Assembly: GCA_039794045.1 (NCBI GenBank)
Contig: JBAMLY010000016.1
Location: 1 to 12,358 of the forward strand
Length of the DNA: 12,358 nucleotides
DNA from: Candidatus Micrarchaeia archaeon
GTDB taxonomy: Archaea > Micrarchaeota > Micrarchaeia > Norongarragalinales > UBA8480
Direction: 5' to 3'
Shown: in pieces, positions 6,799-12,358 of the stretch
Numbering within the stretch: the stretch's first letter is position 1
Layout of the letters: each line of letters opens with the position of its first letter
The notes under the pieces: model-generated
The model's database searches: none
What the model was told of the DNA's origin: nothing
The model's input: the letters and a program-made list of their open reading frames with translations, nothing else
Program-made: the position numbers and the translations under genes

Positions 6799-6840
6799 AA
6801 TAAACGCCTCTCCCTAGCTAAGGTAAAATAAATAGTCTAG

Positions 6841-6894
6841 GAAACCTTTTATAATACGCTTTTGTCAAATTCGTTTAAGGCAGTGAAGGGAGGT
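6841..6894. promoter_or_regulatory. Divergent promoter region between argS and the giant ORF: BRE/TATA and SD
   Basis: GAAACC TTTTATAA at 6841-6854 (TTATAAAA on the minus strand). SD GGGAGGT at 6888-6894 precedes ATG 6901. Confidence 0.6.
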
Positions 6895-6900
6895 TTTGCG

Positions 6901-9900
6901 ATGGCTGAAGAACAAGGGCAAGCCCAAAAGCAACCGAGTTTTCTCGCGAGAATTTACTACAAGATTGAAGACGCTTACTATAGCGTCATGGAGTTCTTCG
7001 AGAACAAGCTCCACGTTCCACTAATAAAGTACTTCGTCGAGCCAATAGAGAAGCACAACATTCCCTCCATGCCAATTGCCTTGCTCTTGCTCTTGTTGGT
7101 CGCGGGAGGCTTGTTCTTCGCCTTCGGCGGCGTTTCCCTTCCAGCCCAAAAAATTCCTTTCACTGTATCAGTAATGGCGGCGGACGGCACGCCCCTCGAC
7201 GGCGCGACGGTAACGCTTTCAGGCGCTGGCTACAAGGAAACCACTACGTCAGTTAACGGCGTTGCAGAGTTTTCCGACGTGCCAAAAGACGCTAAGTTGT
7301 TGCTCGTAATAAAGAAGGAAGGATTTGCAACTATAACGAAGAGAATTACTGTAACCGAGAAAGGCTACTCAGCTAAAATGGCGGCAGCGGCGCAGCCCTC
7401 AAACCCAGCAAAGAACTTCCTGCAAAACAACGGCTACTCGAAAGAACAAGTTACTTCAATGAGCGACGAAGACGCGGAAAAACTCGCCAGCAAGCTCGGC
7501 TACCAGAACGCCATGCAAGTAAGCGTGAGCGTCAAAGTAATAGACGCTTCTTCCAACGCCCCACTAGACGGCGCGGCAGTCAACTACGAGCCCGGAAGCG
7601 GCCTTGAGTACACTGGAAGCGACGGAGTTGCCTCATTCCAAGCCCCCAGTGGTTCCACTGTATCAATTTCTGCTTCCAAGGACGGCTACAACCCAGGAGT
7701 CTCGTCTTTCACGGCAGAAGAAGGATACCTCGCGACGCTCAGACTCTCCAAGAAAACCACTAAAACTAATCCGGCCGGAAGCGACAAGCCAGCCAAGTCC
7801 ACCGACCCAGTTGCCGCGCGCGACGTAATAGTAATCGTTAAAGGAGTGGACAAGAACGGCAAAAGCATTCCAGTAGCCAACGCCGTAGTCACATTAAAGC
7901 GCGCCGAAGACTACACTGACTTAAGCACCAGCGTTTCAGGAGTGACGAGCAACTCGCCCGTCGTCTTCGCCAACATTCCAGTCGGGCAAGAAGTGATTGC
8001 GGTAGTCACTGCCGACGGCTTCGCGGCACTAAAGACGCCCAAGCAGTCAGTCAAAGCAGAACAAGACTTGACTATAACCGCGATACTGCAACAAAAAGAC
8101 GTTTGCACTTCCTTCCCCTGCGACTCAGGAGAATTCGACTTTCAAGTCTTCGTAAAAGACGACAAAAACCGCAGCATAAGCGGCGCCAAAGTATTCTTGT
8201 TAGACGAAGACGACGCGACACTAAAAAACGCTTCAACTGACTCCAACGGCTTCGCTTCACTCAAAGCCGAAGCAGGAACAACGGCGAGAATAATTGTCTT
8301 GGCTGACAAGTACCTCGCAAATTACTCTAGCGACTTGACTCTCGGCGAAGACATTAACTACTCTGCCTTCCTCGCACTCGCAAACCAAAACAATTCAGCC
8401 ACTCTCTCAATAAAAGTCGTAGAGTTCGACGGCAAGCCCGCGCCGAACGCCTTCACGAAAATAAAGTTGACAGCGCCCGGCTTGCGCCCCATACTGCTCC
8501 CAGTGCAAAAGACTACTTCTTCTGCGGGCGTCGCGGAGTATTCAACGCCATTCCCGGCAGGATGGGTTGCTGAAGCAAGCGCGATGGGAGCCAACCTCGC
8601 CTTCAACGGCCGCGCTGACGCTTTCACTCTCGTTCCAGGAAAAAACAATGTCACGATAACGCTTTACCCGAACACCAAGAAAGTAGTCTTCAAGGCAGTA
8701 GACGCTTACAGCAAGGAAGCAGTTCCAGCCAATTTCACGACCTACGTGAGAAACAGCAACACTGCCCTCGCCTCATGCGAGCAAACCACTCAAGAAGGCT
8801 GCACGCAAGAAATTTATGCTGGCGTGGACTTCGACGTTAAAGTAACTTCGCCCACGCACTTGGGCAGGACAGTGCAAGTGCCCAAACTCTCTCCAGACCC
8901 AAACACCGGCGAAACAATAATAGTTGACTTGCTTCCCTCCACTCTCTCGCAAAGCGTTTTCGCTGGCTTGTGCAAAAACGCTGAACTCACGGACTGCGAA
9001 CAACAACCAGGAGACTACACCCTCCAAGTAGGACAAACTTATTACGCTAAATTCCTCGTAAAAATCGCTGCCGGAAGCGACTCCTACGGCTTAGTAGTGC
9101 GCGCTGGAGACAAGAACGGGTTGCTCGCCGACGACGCAGCCATAGTACGCAGCCCAGCCACGCTCACGCCCGACTCAGTGTGGAGTGAAAGCGCAGGCAA
9201 CACGATCCTCGCGGCCCGAGGCCAGCCAAAAACCGGATGCGGCGCAATAGAGTCGTCAAACGGCTTGTACAAAATAGTTTCAGTGACGCGCAAAAACCAG
9301 AACGACTCATACGCGCAAGTAATAGTCCCAATAATCGTTGCAAGCAACGCTCGCCCGTCATTCAAGCTCTACTACGCCGCGTGGAACCACGTCAACGGCT
9401 CTTTCATTCGCGAGCCCTACGACGAAGCACTAAAAGACGCCGCGCTTCCCGCCAACGCTTGGTGCTCGCCCGCAATGAACAACGCGTCTTATAAAGTGGA
9501 CGACTTGCTCGACCCAAAAACGCATCCCGGCGCCGACAAGCCCAAGCACCACTTCCTGTGCGGCACGCAAGCCTGCCTTGAACTCCGCTACTCGCAAAAC
9601 GTGTCAAGCGGAGTGAATTACGGCGGCAACGGCTTCGTGGTAGACGTGCCCTACACGCCGGCAACCGAGCCGCTCACGATAACTTACTCGCTGACTGACT
9701 TCGACCCAGACCCGGAAGAGTCAAGCACATTATTTACTTTGGAAGCGCCTGCCTCGCGCCTCGCCCTGCAAACGCCTAACCCGTACGCTGCAAACTATTC
9801 AGGCGCGCCGTTCGGCAATCAAAAAAACATTGGCGGCGGCACAGCAAGCGAGTCAATCACTGCCTGGCCAATCCAAGCAGGAAGCGCGATAATCAAAGCC

Positions 9901-12358
9901 ACTTACGGCGTCAAGCTGCCCTTAATAGAGAGCGCGTTGCTGTTGTCATCCAAGTTCCGCGGCACCACGGAAAACACTTACTACGTTCACTACGACGCCG
10001 AAAACAACGAACTCCAAGTAGGAGTCAAGAATGCTGAAGGCGAGTTCCAGAAACGCGACGCGATAACACTTAACACCACGCCAGTAATGCCTGCTGACGC
10101 AGTCTACTTGAAACTCGATTATGAATCGCTTCCGCCCGAGTGCGCGGACGCGCGCATTCAGTTCATGCCGCTTCCTGCGTGCTTCTCGTTCGACAACACG
10201 CGCGACATACTAAAATTCGATGCGTCCAGCGCAGTAGTCAACGGCGCAGAGTGCCCGTACTACGACCCCAACCCAAACAACGTGCTGGGAACCAACGACG
10301 TGAAAACGCCCACCCAAAAAACTTTCACGGTAAACGGCGCGCCAGCCACGGCTGAAGCCATTCGCTTGGCGGTATTCTGCAGTGGCTTGAACGCCAAAGA
10401 ATTCCCGGTAACAATCACTCCAGACAACTCTCAGCAAGCCCTCACCCTAATAAGAATTCCCGCGCGCGCGAGCTTCAGCGAGGAAGCCGCTTTAACCAGC
10501 GCCGGCGTTGGTTCTTCAGAGAAAACAGTAACGCGGACGGTGTTCGCTCCAATAACTTGCGGCAAGAACCTCGGCTACTCTTACGCGCCCGCCGAGGGTT
10601 CAATATCGTTCGTTCCCGTGGGCGCCGCCAACAAGTGGAACCGTCAAATGACTTACGGCAGCAAGTGGAGCCACGTGTTCAGGTGCCGCCTCAACCCAGA
10701 CGAGAAATGCAGTCTCGACCCCGACGTTACTGGAACTGGTGGCTCGAGCGGAAAACTCAGCGGCAAGTCGTACGTGTTCAACAACGGCGGCAGCAAGTGC
10801 TCCTCGCCAAGCTACAACCAAAACGAGTACGGCTTGATAAACGAGAGCGCGGAATACTTGCCGTTCGCTAGAACCATTTCCAACATCACTGACTACGCAA
10901 AAAATGGCTTGTGCAACGGCGACGAAATAACAGAATTCTTTAACCCGTTAACAAATGAAAATGAAATGTTTGGGGGAGCTTTCTGGCGCGTTTCCAGCGA
11001 TAAAGCCGTCTACGACTACTTAGAGGGCGTCAACTACACACTACGGCAAGCCAACGACAGACTACGGCAAGAATTGTACGGTCAAGCGCCAGGCATTTAC
11101 GTGCTAGTCAACAACCGCCAGTACGGCGCAATAGACCGCATTCGCGTGCTCGTAGACAACTTCCCACTCGCCAACCCAGCGCAGGAAACAGTGTACAGCG
11201 CCAGCAAGCCAGGAATAATCGCGGTCTTCGCGGCATTCAACACCACGCCAATGATTAACGTAAGCATAGGCGACATTCCTTCAGTGATAAACCAGGCTTT
11301 TACTTACCCGAACCCGCCAGAGGGCTCGGAGTACCCATTCATTAACTACTCGGCGCTTCCCTACGACCCGTCGTACATCGGCGCAGCAAAAAAGTACGTT
11401 GAAAAATACGTTAACCACTACCGCGGCGCCAGCGCTGACTTAGACTACAAGCTCTTCCCCCTAGCTGCCTTCACGGCGGACCCAGTTGTAGAGCTTCACT
11501 GGTTCACCGACAACTCTGCCGCCATGCGCGTTCCAGTGCCAGGAGCACCGCGCAACGGCGAGGGATTGTTTGACTTCCAGCAAACCATTACTGACTTAAA
11601 GGAAGCAACCTTCCCGCAAGTTAAAATGACGCCGCTCAAGCTCTCGCAGTACGGCGGGCCACTGCAACTAGTTTGCTCTAACCCTACTGAAACAACTTTG
11701 CTGGGACGCAACTTCTTCATCTTGACGCAAGAAGACGGAACCAAGTGCATTCAGAGCTCGTGGGACGCGCAACACAAAGTGTTCGGCGACCCAGTAAGCG
11801 CGCCGTGCAACGACGAGTGCGTGGTTGACGACCAATGCAACGCCAACAACTCACAGTACACCCTGAAAGTCGCGTTCCTCACAGGCGAGTCTTACGTGTG
11901 CATGCGCGACAACCCCGTCGGCTTTGAAGGCGTCGTGCCACGCGGCGCTTGCCTGAAAATACAAGGCGGCGGAATAAAGGGAACCGACTTCTCCGTATAC
12001 GGACCTGACGGCAAGAAGCTCGCTGAAATGGATCCAGACGAGTGGACTGGCTTGGATGACAACAGCCGCGCGGAATACGTAATGGAAACTTTGATGGCGC
12101 ACCCCGACCTCGCGCGCTTGATGGCGGACTTGGGTGACAAGAACTCGCCGCCCTACCAACCCAAGATTGCGAAGCACACGCTTTCAGCGCCTTCCGTGCA
12201 AGACTTGGACGACGCCATAGACTCTGACGCTGCAGTCTACTTGGGCGCGGACTACAAGTTGGCAGTGCACCACGAAACCAACCGCGACGAGTCCGACGAG
12301 TGCTATTACCTGCCAGCAGCCAACGAGTACTACTGCCCCAAGAACAATGACTACCAGT
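6901..12358 (+). CDS. Giant membrane-anchored cell-surface protein (>1819 aa, 3'-truncated by the window) with about 6 carboxypeptidase-regulatory/CnaB-like beta-sandwich repeats and a Cys-rich distal region
   Basis: Hand translation from ATG 6901 (MAEEQGQAQKQPSFLARIYYKIEDAYY...) finds no stop through 12357. Strong SD; single TM segment PIALLLLLLVAGGLFFAFGGV at about aa 58-78; repeats such as VSVMAADGTPLDGATVTL..NGVAEF..KKEGF, VKVIDASSNAPLDGAAV..DGVASF..SKDGY and VFVKDDKNRSISGAKVFL..TDSNGFASL. It is missing from the ORF track, presumably because it has no stop inside the window. Confidence 0.92.
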   Translation, partial: MAEEQGQAQKQPSFLARIYYKIEDAYYSVMEFFENKLHVPLIKYFVEPIEKHNIPSMPIALLLLLLVAGGLFFAFGGVSLPAQKIPFTVSVMAADGTPLDGATVTLSGAGYKETTTSVNGVAEFSDVPKDAKLLLVIKKEGFATITKRITVTEKGYSAKMAAAAQPSNPAKNFLQNNGYSKEQVTSMSDEDAEKLASKLGYQNAMQVSVSVKVIDASSNAPLDGAAVNYEPGSGLEYTGSDGVASFQAPSGSTVSISASKDGYNPGVSSFTAEEGYLATLRLSKKTTKTNPAGSDKPAKSTDPVAARDVIVIVKGVDKNGKSIPVANAVVTLKRAEDYTDLSTSVSGVTSNSPVVFANIPVGQEVIAVVTADGFAALKTPKQSVKAEQDLTITAILQQKDVCTSFPCDSGEFDFQVFVKDDKNRSISGAKVFLLDEDDATLKNASTDSNGFASLKAEAGTTARIIVLADKYLANYSSDLTLGEDINYSAFLALANQNNSATLSIKVVEFDGKPAPNAFTKIKLTAPGLRPILLPVQKTTSSAGVAEYSTPFPAGWVAEASAMGANLAFNGRADAFTLVPGKNNVTITLYPNTKKVVFKAVDAYSKEAVPANFTTYVRNSNTALASCEQTTQEGCTQEIYAGVDFDVKVTSPTHLGRTVQVPKLSPDPNTGETIIVDLLPSTLSQSVFAGLCKNAELTDCEQQPGDYTLQVGQTYYAKFLVKIAAGSDSYGLVVRAGDKNGLLADDAAIVRSPATLTPDSVWSESAGNTILAARGQPKTGCGAIESSNGLYKIVSVTRKNQNDSYAQVIVPIIVASNARPSFKLYYAAWNHVNGSFIREPYDEALKDAALPANAWCSPAMNNASYKVDDLLDPKTHPGADKPKHHFLCGTQACLELRYSQNVSSGVNYGGNGFVVDVPYTPATEPLTITYSLTDFDPDPEESSTLFTLEAPASRLALQTPNPYAANYSGAPFGNQKNIGGGTASESITAWPIQAGSAIIKATYGVKLPLIESALLLSSKFRGTTENTYYVHYDAENNELQVGVKNAEGEFQKRDAITLNTTPVMPADAVYLKLDYESLPPECADARIQFMPLPACFSFDNTRDILKFDASSAVVNGAECPYYDPNPNNVLGTNDVKTPTQKTFTVNGAPATAEAIRLAVFCSGLNAKEFPVTITPDNSQQALTLIRIPARASFSEEAALTSAGVGSSEKTVTRTVFAPITCGKNLGYSYAPAEGSISFVPVGAANKWNRQMTYGSKWSHVFRCRLNPDEKCSLDPDVTGTGGSSGKLSGKSYVFNNGGSKCSSPSYNQNEYGLINESAEYLPFARTISNITDYAKNGLCNGDEITEFFNPLTNENEMFGGAFWRVSSDKAVYDYLEGVNYTLRQANDRLRQELYGQAPGIYVLVNNRQYGAIDRIRVLVDNFPLANPAQETVYSASKPGIIAVFAAFNTTPMINVSIGDIPSVINQAFTYPNPPEGSEYPFINYSALPYDPSYIGAAKKYVEKYVNHYRGASADLDYKLFPLAAFTADPVVELHWFTDNSAAMRVPVPGAPRNGEGLFDFQQTITDLKEATFPQVKMTPLKLSQYGGPLQLVCSNPTETTLLGRNFFILTQEDGTKCIQSSWDAQHKVFGDPVSAPCNDECVVDDQCNANNSQYTLKVAFLTGESYVCMRDNPVGFEGVVPRGACLKIQGGGIKGTDFSVYGPDGKKLAEMDPDEWTGLDDNSRAEYVMETLMAHPDLARLMADLGDKNSPPYQPKIAKHTLSAPSVQDLDDAIDSDAAVYLGADYKLAVHHETNRDESDECYYLPAANEYYCPKNNDYQ

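Noticed and set aside
102..6831. Short overlapping or antisense ORFs over the proteases, pilins, ftsZ, tpiA and argS
   Set aside because: They are shadow frames of well-supported genes with no recognisable motifs.
6978..12177. The many short ORFs listed across 7-12 kb
   Set aside because: All are off-frame or antisense shadows of the single giant ORF starting at 6901.
1..12358. CRISPR array, IS/transposase, integrase, ORB origin boxes, DGR template repeats
   Set aside because: I saw no repeat-spacer structure, mobile-element ORF, cdc6/ORB motif or long near-identical repeat pair by eye.

Overview
Archaeal chromosomal window, probably from a DPANN lineage such as Micrarchaeota (inferred from gene style, not proven). 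The minus strand at left carries an SRP (7S) RNA, two tandem secreted or membrane-anchored ATPase-less Lon/S16 proteases, and an intron-containing tRNA-Ser(GCT) that is cut off by the window edge. The plus strand then carries two class III signal peptide (pilin-like) proteins, ftsZ (FtsZ2-type) and archaeal tpiA, followed by argS on the minus strand. A giant membrane-anchored surface protein (>1819 aa) runs from 6901 off the right edge and is absent from the ORF track. The most unusual observations are: (1) the SRP RNA folds with no helix 6 and with a shortened helix 8 tip; (2) the tRNA appears to have two introns; (3) a 3x12-bp repeat sits directly upstream of the ftsZ promoter; (4) pilin leaders are fused to adhesin-type domains; and (5) the giant surface protein itself. 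All folding and translation was done by hand and no database searches were run.
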